A stretch of 64,000 nucleotides of DNA from positions 91,132 through 155,131 of the IMG/VR virus record IMGVR_UViG_3300025889_000075; one strand, given 5' to 3'. The notes beneath the pieces are model-generated. The model saw nothing but the letters and a program-made list of their open reading frames with translations, had not been told where the DNA came from and did not search any database. Source of the stretch: a virus. Shown one piece after another: positions 29,373-40,447 of the stretch (position 1 is the stretch's first letter; each line of letters opens with the position of its first letter). The translations under genes were made by a program, and so were the position numbers.

Positions 29373-31802
29373 ATGAAATTCTATACTAATGTATCAAAAG
29401 TCGGCAACAACATCCTCTATCGAGGATACAAAGACGGTCAACGTCATTCAGAGAAAATAAAATTTAAACCGACCCTTTTCGTTGAGTCCCCAAACGCCAC
29501 TGGTGAATACAAAACCCTGTACGGCAAACCTGTTGCTCCTATGCAGTTTGACGATTTAAACGAGGCGAGGGATTTCTACGAAAGATACAAAAACGTTCAA
29601 AACTTCGAGATACACGGAATGAGTAATTTTGTGTATCAGTATCTCGCGCACGCATACCCGAACGAAGTTAAGTTTGACCGCGACCGAATCAACGTCACCA
29701 CAATAGACATTGAGGTTGCTTCAGACGAAGGGTTCCCAGAACCAGCACAGGCAAACCACCAAGTTATCTCAATTACTTGCAAGAATAATATCGACAACGT
29801 CTATTATGTTTGGGGATTATATCACTATGATGAAACCCTGAGCGAAAAAAATATTAATTATTTCCTTTGTGAAAACGAAGCAAACTTACTTCGTTCTTTC
29901 CTTGGTTGGTGGTCCAGCGCAGTCAATTACCCTGACGTTGTAACTGGTTGGAACACCAAGATGTTTGATATACCTTATCTCGTTAATAGAATTGAGCATG
30001 TCCTCGGAAACAATGAATACAAAAGACTCTCCCCATGGGGTTTGGTCAAAGAACGTAAGTTCCATACGCGCATGGGTCAGGAAGCATTCACCTACGAACT
30101 CGAAGGTATCTCTAGTCTCGATTATTATGATCTGTTTCAAAAGTTTGGCGTCCTAACCTACGGACAACAGGAATCATTTAAACTTGATCATATTGCCCAC
30201 GTTGTCCTCGGCGAGAAGAAACTATCCTATGAAGAGTACGGTTCGCTACACTCTCTTTACCGTCATGACTTTCAAAAGTTTATTGACTACAATATCAAAG
30301 ACGTTGAACTTGTCGACCGTCTCGAAGAAAAGATGGCATTGATCACGCTCGCTATGACTATGGCGTACAAAGCGAAATGTAATTATAATGATGCATTCGG
30401 CACGACTGGTATATGGGACTCTGTTATATACAACGAACTGATTCCACTCAAGATCATCGTTCCCCCAAAGGTTGACAAGTTCAAGTCATCAATCGTTGGT
30501 GGGTTCGTTAAAGATCCAAAGATTGGAATGCATGAATGGGTTTGTTCCTTTGATTTAAATTCTCTCTATCCCAATATCATTGTACAATATAATATGTCGC
30601 CCGAGACTATTAGTGAAGACGGTATTTGCGAGGCAGCAAACGGGACTCGATATCGTAATGATGTTGAAGGTATCATTCCCCGAGTAATTAAGAAGTTCTA
30701 TGCTGACCGCGTTGAAGCGAAAGATAAAATGCTCGAGGCGAAGAGAAAATATCAAGAGGCACCGACTAAAAAACTAGAGAATGAAATCACGATCTACGAT
30801 AACCAGCAGATGGCAGTTAAGATCTTGATGAACTCTCTCTATGGTGCGCTCGCGAATAAGTATTTTCGTTACTTCGATTTACGTATTGCTGAGGCAGTTA
30901 CGACCTCTGGTCAACGAGCGATCCTCTGCGCCGAGAAGGCAGTTAATGATGAGATGCAAGAAATACTTGGCACTAAAGAAGATTATGTCCTGGCGATTGA
31001 CACTGACTCAGTTTACATTAACATGGCACCTCTTGTAACTGAACATAAACCAGCGAACCCAGTTAAGTTTCTTGATAAAGTCTGTGAACATTTTGAGAAG
31101 AAGATTGCCAAGGCATATGAGAAACAAGCAAAGGAAACAAAGGCATACGAAAACCGTATGATCATGAAGCGGGAAGCGATTGCCGACCGAGGCATCTGGA
31201 CTGCTAAGAAGCGATATATACTACAGGTACACAATAACGAGGGTGTACAATATACTGAACCTAAGATGAAGGTCATGGGTATTGAGGCGATTAAATCCAG
31301 CACGCCCCAGATCTGCCGTGATAAGTTTCAGGAAATCTTTAAGGTGTTGTTGAATGGGTCTGAGTCTGAGACCCAGAAGTTTATCCGAGAGTTCAAGAAA
31401 GAGTTTTGTTCGACTCGTCCTGAGGAGGTTGCCTTTCCAAGAACTGCTAAAGAGATATCTAAGTTTCGTGATAAGAATACGATCTATGGTAAGGGCACTC
31501 CAATTCATGTGCGCGGGTCGCTTCTTTATAATCATTACATTAAGGAGAATAAATTACAAAACAAGTATGAATTAATTAAGAACGGTGAGAAGATCAAGTT
31601 TGTTTACCTCAGGACACCAAATTTTATCAAAGAAAATATCATCGCATTTCCGAACGAATTTCCAACTGAGTTGAAACTGCATAAATACGTGGACTATGAG
31701 AAAATGTTTGACAAAACATTCCTTGAACCGTTACGTCCTCTCCTCGACGCTATCGGGTGGCAGGACGAACCTAAAGCGTCCCTTGAAGATTTCTTTGGAT
31801 AA
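29373..31802 (+). CDS. g43: family B DNA polymerase gp43
   Basis: DIEV exonuclease, [23 protein letters not shown]; C-terminal SLEDFFG. Confidence 0.97.
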   Translation: MKFYTNVSKVGNNILYRGYKDGQRHSEKIKFKPTLFVESPNATGEYKTLYGKPVAPMQFDDLNEARDFYERYKNVQNFEIHGMSNFVYQYLAHAYPNEVKFDRDRINVTTIDIEVASDEGFPEPAQANHQVISITCKNNIDNVYYVWGLYHYDETLSEKNINYFLCENEANLLRSFLGWWSSAVNYPDVVTGWNTKMFDIPYLVNRIEHVLGNNEYKRLSPWGLVKERKFHTRMGQEAFTYELEGISSLDYYDLFQKFGVLTYGQQESFKLDHIAHVVLGEKKLSYEEYGSLHSLYRHDFQKFIDYNIKDVELVDRLEEKMALITLAMTMAYKAKCNYNDAFGTTGIWDSVIYNELIPLKIIVPPKVDKFKSSIVGGFVKDPKIGMHEWVCSFDLNSLYPNIIVQYNMSPETISEDGICEAANGTRYRNDVEGIIPRVIKKFYADRVEAKDKMLEAKRKYQEAPTKKLENEITIYDNQQMAVKILMNSLYGALANKYFRYFDLRIAEAVTTSGQRAILCAEKAVNDEMQEILGTKEDYVLAIDTDSVYINMAPLVTEHKPANPVKFLDKVCEHFEKKIAKAYEKQAKETKAYENRMIMKREAIADRGIWTAKKRYILQVHNNEGVQYTEPKMKVMGIEAIKSSTPQICRDKFQEIFKVLLNGSESETQKFIREFKKEFCSTRPEEVAFPRTAKEISKFRDKNTIYGKGTPIHVRGSLLYNHYIKENKLQNKYELIKNGEKIKFVYLRTPNFIKENIIAFPNEFPTELKLHKYVDYEKMFDKTFLEPLRPLLDAIGWQDEPKASLEDFFG

Positions 31803-31846
31803 TCAATGACTTATCGCTTTACATTTGTGACAGAATATGGCATAAT
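31801..31846 (+). promoter_or_regulatory. early-type promoter with IHF-consensus box
   Basis: AATCAAtgacTTA-N4-TTTACA-N17-CATAAT. Confidence 0.7.
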
Positions 31847-31852
31847 TGTTTC

Positions 31853-32782
31853 ATGTATTCTCTAACGATATTCAAAAACACGTTTGATAATAAAACGCAT
31901 CGCGGAATGGCATTTGAATCCTGGGAAGGGTTCGAATCGCTTTTGTGTAACTTATCTAAAAAGGAAGGTCAGAAAGGTGGAAACAATTCTTCTCCTCTTA
32001 TTAGTCCTGCTTGTTATTTTTCCGGCACTACGCGTTCTAATAAAAATGTTGATTATTGGGGCGCTTGGGCTGCTATTGATGTTGATGATTATGGCGACGT
32101 TTGGCACGACATAACTGATCTTCAGGATATATGTGGCGAATATGAATTTGTTTGTTATTCTACAGCATCATCTACGCCGATACAACCTAAGTTTCGATTG
32201 GTTTTTCCCTTAACAAGAACAGTCCCAGCGAAAGAGATACCGCATTTTTGGTTTGGTATAACGAAAGAAACCAAAGAGATTGGAGATAAGCAAACAAAAG
32301 ATCTATCAAGAATGTATTATGTTCCTGCGCAGTATCCAGATGCATTTAACTTTTACTTTCATAATGAAGGCAAGTTTATGGATCCCGCAGATATTATGAA
32401 CAAGTGGGAATATACTGCACCAAGCAGCGGTAAAGGTTTCCTAGATAGATTACCCGAAGCAATTAGAGAAGAGGTTGTTAAGTATAGAAAAGAGCAAATG
32501 ACTAATACATCAGTCAATTGGTCTTCTTATCGAGACTGCCCTTTCTTCCCAAAAAAACTAGGGCAAGAATATATTGCTTTGAGTGGAACAGGATGGTATC
32601 ATAAGATGTATCAGATTATGGTTGCCATTGCGGGAAACGCAGTTAAGTCTGAGTATCCCATAACAGCAAAACAGATCGCTGAACTCTGTAAAGAATTCGA
32701 TCGCGATACTGGTAACTGGTACGAGAATCGTCCCTTTGAACTTGAAGCGGATAGTGCACTAGAATATGTGTATAGAAACTAG
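31853..32782 (+). CDS. putative AEP-superfamily primase-polymerase-like protein
   Basis: IDVDD, YSTASS...KFRLVFPL, KDLSRMYYVP. Confidence 0.55.
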   Translation: MYSLTIFKNTFDNKTHRGMAFESWEGFESLLCNLSKKEGQKGGNNSSPLISPACYFSGTTRSNKNVDYWGAWAAIDVDDYGDVWHDITDLQDICGEYEFVCYSTASSTPIQPKFRLVFPLTRTVPAKEIPHFWFGITKETKEIGDKQTKDLSRMYYVPAQYPDAFNFYFHNEGKFMDPADIMNKWEYTAPSSGKGFLDRLPEAIREEVVKYRKEQMTNTSVNWSSYRDCPFFPKKLGQEYIALSGTGWYHKMYQIMVAIAGNAVKSEYPITAKQIAELCKEFDRDTGNWYENRPFELEADSALEYVYRN

Positions 32783-32793
32783 AGGAAAAAATT

Positions 32794-33684
32794 ATGAGTG
32801 AAGTAATTGATCTGAAAGCAGAGATGCTTGAAGAAGAGCAAGAAAAAAAATTACAACAGCAATCAAATGCTAAATTAAAAGTTTCTGTCCTTGGAGATAA
32901 CTCCCTAGCAGTTGGAATAAAAACGTTGTTTTCTGGAAATAAAACTGAAGTTGTTTTGTTTGATGACATTGATGCGTCAGTTTCATGGGGACCAAACTTG
33001 ACGTTCGTTTGTTATTCAACTGAACTTCTTTCAAACGACACAATTGACGATAGTGAAATTATAACTGCTATTCAAAAAACAATTAAGCAAACTGGTGGAG
33101 GCATTTGTTTAAAAACAGCTGTTTCTCCTGAAACCATTGGAAGAATTCAATCTTCTATTGATACTGAATCTTTCGAAAAAAGATTTGCTTATAATCCAGA
33201 AATCTATGACGCAGAAGATATAGAATCGATAATTAATCCATCATTAATTATTGTTGGTGGTTATCCTCCTTCTGCTAGTGCTTTGATTGATGTGTATAGA
33301 AATTATAGTAATCTAATAATTGATTCTTCTTCAATTGAGATGTGTAATCCATATGAAGCAGCGTTTGCTAAACTAGCGATTAGTGGTTTTCTTGCTGTTA
33401 AACAGACATTTTTTAATCAACTCTACGAAGCAGCAATTGAAATTGATAACCTAAATTTCAATGCGGTTAGAAGAATATTTTCTGCTCGAGATTTGGTAAA
33501 AGAAAAAACGACTACTATTCCAACATTTATTCGAGTTAAAGATCAAAACAACTTGAACATTAAAATGGCAAAAAGTCATAAGGGAGAGTACTTAAATCGT
33601 GACGTGAAAATTTTCTCAGCGATGAGCGATAAAATTCCACTAATTGATGAATGCGTTAATTACAAAAATCTTAAAGAGGATTAA
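32794..33684 (+). CDS. degenerate UDP-glucose/GDP-mannose dehydrogenase-like protein
   Basis: KTAVSP, YNPE, AKL...FLAVKQTFFNQ; lacks GxGxxG and catalytic Cys. Confidence 0.6.
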   Translation: MSEVIDLKAEMLEEEQEKKLQQQSNAKLKVSVLGDNSLAVGIKTLFSGNKTEVVLFDDIDASVSWGPNLTFVCYSTELLSNDTIDDSEIITAIQKTIKQTGGGICLKTAVSPETIGRIQSSIDTESFEKRFAYNPEIYDAEDIESIINPSLIIVGGYPPSASALIDVYRNYSNLIIDSSSIEMCNPYEAAFAKLAISGFLAVKQTFFNQLYEAAIEIDNLNFNAVRRIFSARDLVKEKTTTIPTFIRVKDQNNLNIKMAKSHKGEYLNRDVKIFSAMSDKIPLIDECVNYKNLKED

Positions 33685-33687
33685 TCT

Positions 33688-34716
33688 ATGTCTCTAATGA
33701 GCAAACTCAAAAAGAATAGCAAACTCAAACATACTGAGGTATTGTCTGATTCTGAGTTTTTTACCAGCAAAGAAATGGTTAAAACTGACGTTCCAATGTT
33801 GAACGTTGCTTTATCTGGTTCTTTTGACGGTGGTTTAGCACCAGGACTAACAGTTCTCGCTGGACCTTCTAAACATTTTAAAACGTCATTTGCTTTGAAG
33901 ATTGCATCAGCATATCTGAAGGCAGACCCCGAAGCGGTAATGCTTTTTTATGATTCTGAATTTGGTTCACCCCAATCTTATTTTGACACGTTTGAAATTG
34001 ATACCGCCAGAGTTCTACATGTTCCAATCACAAATGTTGAAGAACTCAAATTCGATTTAATTTCGCAATTAGATAATGTAGAGAAGGGTGAAAAAGTAAT
34101 TGTTGTAATTGACTCTATTGGTAATCTAGCGTCTAAGAAAGAATTAGAGGATGCGCTCGACGAGAAATCAGTTGCTGACATGTCACGCGCCAAAGCATTA
34201 AAAGGTTTGTTCCGTATGACAACACCTTACCTAACAATGAAGAATGTTCCTCTCTTAGCAGTGAATCATACCTACAAAGAAATTGGTTTGTTCCCGAAAG
34301 ATATCGTTGGCGGTGGTACTGGTATTTACTACAGCGCTGATAATATCTGGATCCTCGGTCGACGTCAAAATAAAACAGGAACTGAAGTTGTTGGTTATGA
34401 TTTTATTATTAACGTTGACAAATCAAGGTTTGTTAAAGAAAAGAGTAAGATTCCGATTAGCGTAACGTGGGATGGTGGCATAGATCAGTTTAGTGGTTTA
34501 TTGGATGTTGCTCTTGCTTCTGGTCATGTAATTAAACCATCTAACGGATGGTATCAGAAAGTAAATGAAGAAAAGAAATATCGTGCTTCTGAACTTGATG
34601 GAGACTTCTGGAAAGGTATCTTGTCCAGCGTAACGTTTAAAGAAGAAGTTGAGCGTTTGTATAAAATTGGTAAGAAACCAACGTTAGAACTTGACTTGGA
34701 AGAAGTTAATGATTAA
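33688..34716 (+). CDS. uvsX: RecA-like recombinase UvsX
   Basis: AGPSKHFKT, YDSEFG, DSIGNLAS. Confidence 0.95.
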   Translation: MSLMSKLKKNSKLKHTEVLSDSEFFTSKEMVKTDVPMLNVALSGSFDGGLAPGLTVLAGPSKHFKTSFALKIASAYLKADPEAVMLFYDSEFGSPQSYFDTFEIDTARVLHVPITNVEELKFDLISQLDNVEKGEKVIVVIDSIGNLASKKELEDALDEKSVADMSRAKALKGLFRMTTPYLTMKNVPLLAVNHTYKEIGLFPKDIVGGGTGIYYSADNIWILGRRQNKTGTEVVGYDFIINVDKSRFVKEKSKIPISVTWDGGIDQFSGLLDVALASGHVIKPSNGWYQKVNEEKKYRASELDGDFWKGILSSVTFKEEVERLYKIGKKPTLELDLEEVND

Positions 34717-35029
34717 TGTTGACAAAGTATCAGAGGATATCGATTACGAATTAATTCCTGCGGTTGGGTCGAATAACGCCCAAGCGTGGGACATTCGTAT
34801 ATTAACAGGAGAGTTTACTGAAACAATTATTCGTTTCGGTAATGTTTCTTTTAATGGAAAAAACGATTGCCTTAATTTTAATTTTAAGGTAATATCAACT
34901 CCTGATCCTGATTTAAATGTTACTTATGTCCCGTTACAAGATCACGCTGCTCTTATCCTTGAAGATGTTATGGCAAAGAGCATTGGTAACGGATCGATTG
35001 TCTTAAAAGATATGGAACAAAATGATTGA
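34709..35029 (+). CDS. conserved hypothetical protein between uvsX and g41
   Basis: ORF overlapping both neighbours. Confidence 0.6.
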   Translation: MINVDKVSEDIDYELIPAVGSNNAQAWDIRILTGEFTETIIRFGNVSFNGKNDCLNFNFKVISTPDPDLNVTYVPLQDHAALILEDVMAKSIGNGSIVLKDMEQND

Positions 35030-36398
35030 CCTTGAAAAAACTATACTTCGCAATCTTCTAACCAATGAAGAGTTTATGCGAAGAGTCTTACCTTTTATCA
35101 AAAAAGATTATTTCCAAGGAGTTTATAAAGAACTATTCACACAAGTCGTTAAGTATGTTTCAAGATATAATAAACTTCCAACTCAGGAAGCGTTCAAGAT
35201 TAATGTAGATAGTCTTGACACATTAACTGAAGAAACTTACAAACACGCAATTGATATTTTACCAGACATCTTTACCTTTAAAGAAGAGGACGGTGACTGG
35301 TTACTTGACACTACAGAAAAGTGGTGTCAGGATCGTGCGCTTCATGGTGCAATTATGGAGTCTATCACGATCCTTGACGGCAAGCATAACAAACTTACTA
35401 AGAATTCCTTGCCGGACCTTCTTCAAAATGCACTAGCAGTTTGCTTTGACACAAACATTGGTCATGATTACCTTGAGAATGTGGAAGAGAGATATGACTT
35501 TTATCATGAACAGGAAGAACGTATTCCTTTTGACCTAGATTATTTCAACCGCATTACTAAAGGTGGGTTGCCGAACAAAACCCTTAACATTGCGCTCGCT
35601 GGAACTGGCGTTGGTAAGAGTTTGTTCATGTGTCACAGCGCTGCTAGTGCGCTCTCTCAAGGATACAATGTATTATATATTACACTTGAAATGTCAGAAG
35701 AACGTATCGCTGAACGTATCGACGCTAACTTAATGAACGTCGCAATCGATCAGTTAGAAAATATGTCTAAGAGCATGTTTACTGATCGAGTGAAGCGAAT
35801 CGCTGATAAAACTAAAGGTAAGTTGATCATTAAAGAGTATCCGACTGGTCAAGCACACGCGAATCATTTCCGTGCGCTATTCAACGAGCTGAAACTGAAA
35901 CGCTCGTTCAAACCAGAGATTGTGTTCATAGATTACCTAAATATATGTGCGTCCTCGCGTATGAAAGGTATGGGTGGCGCAATTAATTCCTACAGTTATA
36001 TCAAGGCGATTGCTGAGGAAATACGTGGGTTGGCAGTAGAATTTGATGTTCCTATTATGTCTGCTACACAGACAACTCGTAGTGGGTTCTCTAGTTCTGA
36101 TCCTGGACTTGAAGATACATCTGAGTCATTTGGTCTGCCAGCAACTGCAGATTTAATGTTTGCTTTGATCTCGAATGAGGAACTTTCCTCTTTGAACCAG
36201 ATTATGGTTAAACAGTTGAAGAATCGTTATAATGACCCGAACGTGAATCTAAGATTCTGTATTGGGGTGGATCGTTCTAAGATGAGATTGTTTGATGTCG
36301 ATCAAACTAAAGATAAATCGATTATTGAGCAAGAAGATAAACCTGTGTTTGATAATACAACTGCAGGTAAGAGACTTAGTAGCATTAAAGTTTCATAG
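35022..36398 (+). CDS. g41: replicative helicase gp41
   Basis: AGTGVGKS, TLEMSEE, IDYLNIC, QLKNRY. Confidence 0.95.
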   Translation: MIDLEKTILRNLLTNEEFMRRVLPFIKKDYFQGVYKELFTQVVKYVSRYNKLPTQEAFKINVDSLDTLTEETYKHAIDILPDIFTFKEEDGDWLLDTTEKWCQDRALHGAIMESITILDGKHNKLTKNSLPDLLQNALAVCFDTNIGHDYLENVEERYDFYHEQEERIPFDLDYFNRITKGGLPNKTLNIALAGTGVGKSLFMCHSAASALSQGYNVLYITLEMSEERIAERIDANLMNVAIDQLENMSKSMFTDRVKRIADKTKGKLIIKEYPTGQAHANHFRALFNELKLKRSFKPEIVFIDYLNICASSRMKGMGGAINSYSYIKAIAEEIRGLAVEFDVPIMSATQTTRSGFSSSDPGLEDTSESFGLPATADLMFALISNEELSSLNQIMVKQLKNRYNDPNVNLRFCIGVDRSKMRLFDVDQTKDKSIIEQEDKPVFDNTTAGKRLSSIKVS

Positions 36399-36407
36399 GA
36401 GAAACGT

Positions 36408-36671
36408 ATGGATCCATTATATCAAACGGTCTTAACACTTTTTTGTATGTTTGGTGCATATCTTTGGGGTAGGTCCCAAGGAGTTATGTCTGGTTGTACA
36501 ATGACTTGGTTGGTTGTTATTGAGAGTTTTCGAGCGAAAGAATTGAATATTGATGAAGATACCCAAGAAATATTCTTTACGGATAATTGGGGCAGAGTCA
36601 AAAGTTCTCTAACATTTTGGAATGAAGATGGAAATCGAGATAAAGAACCAGAAGTTCTTGAGCAGACTTAA
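36408..36671 (+). CDS. hypothetical membrane protein
   Basis: RBS, N-terminal hydrophobic segment. Confidence 0.55.
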   Translation: MDPLYQTVLTLFCMFGAYLWGRSQGVMSGCTMTWLVVIESFRAKELNIDEDTQEIFFTDNWGRVKSSLTFWNEDGNRDKEPEVLEQT

Positions 36672-37278
36672 TGGTCTGATTGAAGAGTTTAATAGTATTA
36701 GAGGCGATTCTATACTACCTTCTATAAAATCTGTTGATTCTAATTTTGAATCATATCTTTCAAGAGAAAGACTTAATGAGTTAATGTCCGCTCCTCATCG
36801 CGGGGATCCAGTGGACTATCATGCCACACCCGTTGGTGATCTTAGATTAAAATATTCTGAATGGATTAATTTTTATAATGAATGGCGATTTGAAGTTCCT
36901 TCAGAAATGGGTATGGCAACTTGTGCGTTGATCAATCATTATCCTGAACAAGGATTGACGGGTTGGCATACTAATTGGAATGCCAATGCATATCAAATCC
37001 TTTTCACTTGGTCAGAAACAGGCGATGGGTACTTTTGTTACTTAGATAAAGAAAAAGATGAAATAATTAAAATTCAGGACAAACCTGGATGGCAATGTAG
37101 GTGGTTCTATTTCGGTAGAGAAGACGAACCTGAACATCATTGTTGGCATGGTTGTTATACGAATTGTGAAAGATTTACACTAGCATATAAATTTTCAAAT
37201 CAAAGTAAAAACTCAAAAGTAGATTTAATTGCTCAGGAGATGAGAGATGAATTTATCGCAGAGATCACAACAGTTTAA
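36622..37278 (+). CDS. hypothetical, possible double-stranded beta-helix oxygenase
   Basis: GWHTN...CWH...RFTLAY pattern. Confidence 0.4.
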   Translation: MKMEIEIKNQKFLSRLNGLIEEFNSIRGDSILPSIKSVDSNFESYLSRERLNELMSAPHRGDPVDYHATPVGDLRLKYSEWINFYNEWRFEVPSEMGMATCALINHYPEQGLTGWHTNWNANAYQILFTWSETGDGYFCYLDKEKDEIIKIQDKPGWQCRWFYFGREDEPEHHCWHGCYTNCERFTLAYKFSNQSKNSKVDLIAQEMRDEFIAEITTV

Positions 37279-37903
37279 ATTCATAGAAATTTTAGTTATA
37301 ATATTGACAATGTCAGTATTGTTAATTTATGCGGGGAGCGGAGATGAAAAACAAAAACCTGAAGAGGAAATTGTTATTACGCCGTTCTCAGAAACAGGCG
37401 AACAAGATATCGAAACAACCTCCGAAGAAACGGAAGAAATGGATCAATCAAGTGAAGGCGAGCGAGTATTGGATAGCGAACTTTATTGCCTTTCTCTTAA
37501 CATTTACCACGAGTCTCGCGGTGATTCATTCGCTGGCCAAGCTGCTGTAGCAGACGTAGTGCTCAATCGAGTAGAAGATACTTACTATCCAAATACCGTC
37601 TGCGAGGTTGTTAAACAAGCAGTCTATATAGAAAACTGGAAAGGAAACGTAGTACCGAAAAGACATATGTGTCAATTCTCTTGGTATTGTGACGGGATAA
37701 GTGATGAACCAGGAGATCCTGATGCTTGGATGGAATCTTACTTTCTTGCTGAAGAAGTATTGACAAAAGATGCATGGAGAGGTATAACTGAAGGCGCGAC
37801 GCATTATCATGCTGCACACATAAGACCTAATTGGACTGCAGATAGAGGAATGACTTATACGGGTTCAATTGGAGGACATGAGTTTTATAGATGGATAAGA
37901 TAA
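37247..37903 (+). CDS. membrane-anchored cell wall hydrolase (SleB/Hydrolase_2)
   Basis: CLSLNIYHESRG, VVLNRV, CQFSW, GATHYHA, IGGHEFY. Confidence 0.88.
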   Translation: MNLSQRSQQFKFIEILVIILTMSVLLIYAGSGDEKQKPEEEIVITPFSETGEQDIETTSEETEEMDQSSEGERVLDSELYCLSLNIYHESRGDSFAGQAAVADVVLNRVEDTYYPNTVCEVVKQAVYIENWKGNVVPKRHMCQFSWYCDGISDEPGDPDAWMESYFLAEEVLTKDAWRGITEGATHYHAAHIRPNWTADRGMTYTGSIGGHEFYRWIR

Positions 37904-37915
37904 ATTATGAAATGG

Positions 37916-37944
37916 TTGACAAATAAGATAGAAAATAGTAAGAT
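37916..37944 (+). promoter_or_regulatory. sigma70 promoter for the TET/GT operon
   Basis: TTGACA-N17-TAAGAT. Confidence 0.6.
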
Positions 37945-37986
37945 GGAACTATTCTTGGATACTATTGGACTTGAGGAATTTATGTT

Positions 37987-38316
37987 ATGAAACAAAACTT
38001 ATTCACTGAAGGTGTACAATATCGAAAGTTGTTGCCTGAACTTTCTTTAATGACTGTCTATGGTAAAAAAGATGTCGTTATGAAGCGATGTAAATGTTGC
38101 GGCGTGGTAAAATGTGGAAGCGAGTTTTATTTAAAACCAAATTCAAAAACCGAATTAAGAGATTTTTGCACCTCCTGTCACTCCAAAGATACACAAGAAA
38201 GAAGTAAAAGACTTAGATATAAAACCGCAAAGTATAAAGAAATGGTGCGGCGCAGAAAAGAAGAAGAAAAACGAAAGCGAGAAAATGCAGGATCTCTAGA
38301 GGAATTCATGGTATGA
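37987..38316 (+). CDS. Cys4 zinc-finger protein with clamp-binding-like tail
   Basis: CKCC...CTSC; ends SLEEFMV. Confidence 0.55.
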   Translation: MKQNLFTEGVQYRKLLPELSLMTVYGKKDVVMKRCKCCGVVKCGSEFYLKPNSKTELRDFCTSCHSKDTQERSKRLRYKTAKYKEMVRRRKEEEKRKRENAGSLEEFMV

Positions 38317-39644
38317 GAGTTGTCATTGCTGACAAAGTAATTAATTGCGAACACAAACTCGGTACATATATGGAAGATACCGATTACGATCTCTTGGTTG
38401 AAGAGGATATTGACTTCTATGCGCCGATTAAAGAAATTGGTAGAACAGAACCATCAGAGCAAGAGTGTATATTCAAGTTTCGAAAATCTGTGTTTAGCGC
38501 CGAAGAACAACTTGGCGCGTACGAAGGTTTGGTTGGCGCTGCTCAACCAACTCAGAACCGAGGTCTTGCTGCAGGTCCAAAGGGCGAGCGCCTCGGTAGT
38601 AGAAATTGGTGTACTGAAGAGCAAATAGAAATTATGGAACATCTTATGAAAGGCGGAACTTCGCTTTTCTCTGACGACCCAATTGCTGAGATACGCGAAA
38701 AACATAGAAAAATGAAAGTGCAGCCAGAGAGTCGTGGTATTGTTTGGGTTATAACTAAGATTGAAGCGGATGGGTATGAATATGATAATTTCTTTGAAAA
38801 TAAAATTCAGGAAATATTAAAACTTCCTTACGCCGATCGCCGCACAGCTGCTAAACATATGTTCGATACTTACGTATCAAAAACAACTTACGCAAATCAA
38901 GTTTTATCTGGTATTGCTGGATTCTACGATCGATATCCTCGTATTCCTTACGGTCGGGCAACTTCTTATACTGAACATAACTTTTCAACTTATGAAAAAT
39001 GTTATCCATTCATGAGAAAACTATCAAATGAATTTGCCCGACTACTACCTCAGAAGTTTTCTAAACAAGAACATTATGCCAATAAACTTGATGAGCGTTT
39101 TCGAGTTGCCGGTAAAGATACACCATTTACAACAATTACAGTAAATAAAAATTTTAGAACTTCAGCGCATCGCGACGCAGGCGACTTGAGCGAAGGGTTT
39201 TCTAATTTAACAGTTGTCGCTAAAGAAAAGGATTGGGATGGTGGTTATCTTGTGTTGCCCGAATATAGAGTAGCAATCAATGTAAGACCAGGGGATTTAT
39301 TGTTAATTAATAATCATGAAGGTATACATGGCAATACACAAATCATACCGAAAGAAGGAAAAACTTTGGATGAGATGGAACGTATTTCCCTAGTTTGCTA
39401 TTTCCGTGAAAAAATGCTAGAATTGGGTACAATGGAATATGAAAACCATCGTTACAATTTTGTTATCAGTAGAAAAAATAATGAATCACATCCAAATTGG
39501 CGCCCACTTTGGAACGGTGTTAGTGAAGGAATGTGGGAATCAGATGAATGGTTTGATTATCTTGAAACCAACGGCGGTTCTGATATGTTAAATACATATC
39601 ATCCTAATAATGAAAAGTCATCCCTTGAGGCATTTTTTGCATGA
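38313..39644 (+). CDS. TET/JBP-family 2OG-Fe(II) dioxygenase (5-methylpyrimidine oxidase-like)
   Basis: FTTITVNKNFRTSAHRDAGD (HxD), IHGNT, RISLVCYFRE; ends SLEAFFA. Confidence 0.78.
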   Translation: MRVVIADKVINCEHKLGTYMEDTDYDLLVEEDIDFYAPIKEIGRTEPSEQECIFKFRKSVFSAEEQLGAYEGLVGAAQPTQNRGLAAGPKGERLGSRNWCTEEQIEIMEHLMKGGTSLFSDDPIAEIREKHRKMKVQPESRGIVWVITKIEADGYEYDNFFENKIQEILKLPYADRRTAAKHMFDTYVSKTTYANQVLSGIAGFYDRYPRIPYGRATSYTEHNFSTYEKCYPFMRKLSNEFARLLPQKFSKQEHYANKLDERFRVAGKDTPFTTITVNKNFRTSAHRDAGDLSEGFSNLTVVAKEKDWDGGYLVLPEYRVAINVRPGDLLLINNHEGIHGNTQIIPKEGKTLDEMERISLVCYFREKMLELGTMEYENHRYNFVISRKNNESHPNWRPLWNGVSEGMWESDEWFDYLETNGGSDMLNTYHPNNEKSSLEAFFA

Positions 39645-40447
39645 TTGATTACCAGATAGCAGTCCCCAGTTACAAACGACCAGTAACTATTCAAAACAAA
39701 ACACTCAAAGTATTTGAACATCATAACATACCATCCGAAAGAGTTACTATTTTCGTTGCAGACGAAATAGAACATGAAGCATATAAGGTTGCTCTAAATA
39801 ATCACAAATATGGTTCAAACATCGTCATAGGCGTCCCCACAATTGGTGCACAGCGTAATTTTATTGAGAAGTATTATCCCGAAGGCACATTATTAATGAT
39901 GTTTGATGATGACATTGAAGAAGTCCAAAGAAGGCAAGACGAAAAAACTCTTGTACCTATTGACGATTTGTATTCTGAAATCATCGAACAAGGATTTAAT
40001 AAGTGTGCTGAAGTTGGTGCTAAGACCTTCGGTATATATGCAGCATCAAACGCATATTTCATGAAAGATCGAGTTTATACGAAACTTTGTTATATTATTG
40101 CTTCTATGTTTGGCGTCGTCGTTGAGCATGATGATTATCTCGCGCGCGAAACAAATCACGGCGAAGATTATGAATATAGTTTGCGCCAATATGTTAAGAA
40201 TGGTGTTCTCTGCCGACTTGATAACTATACTGTTAAAAGCAACTACTATAAAGAAGAAGGTGGATTACAAACCATTAGAACTAAAGATTATGTACACGAA
40301 TCAATTAGCAAGATTGCTAATATGTTTCCTGACCTTTGTACGATGTACACGCGTAAATCTACTGGTAACGCTGAACTAAGATTACGAGATAGCACTAATG
40401 GTAAATATCAAAAAGCAGAATCAACCCTTGAGGCATTTTTCGTATGA
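39641..40447 (+). CDS. TET-associated GT-A fold glycosyltransferase
   Basis: IAVPSYKR, QRNFI, MFDDDI, GEDYE, EEGGLQ; ends TLEAFFV. Confidence 0.75.
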   Translation: MIDYQIAVPSYKRPVTIQNKTLKVFEHHNIPSERVTIFVADEIEHEAYKVALNNHKYGSNIVIGVPTIGAQRNFIEKYYPEGTLLMMFDDDIEEVQRRQDEKTLVPIDDLYSEIIEQGFNKCAEVGAKTFGIYAASNAYFMKDRVYTKLCYIIASMFGVVVEHDDYLARETNHGEDYEYSLRQYVKNGVLCRLDNYTVKSNYYKEEGGLQTIRTKDYVHESISKIANMFPDLCTMYTRKSTGNAELRLRDSTNGKYQKAESTLEAFFV

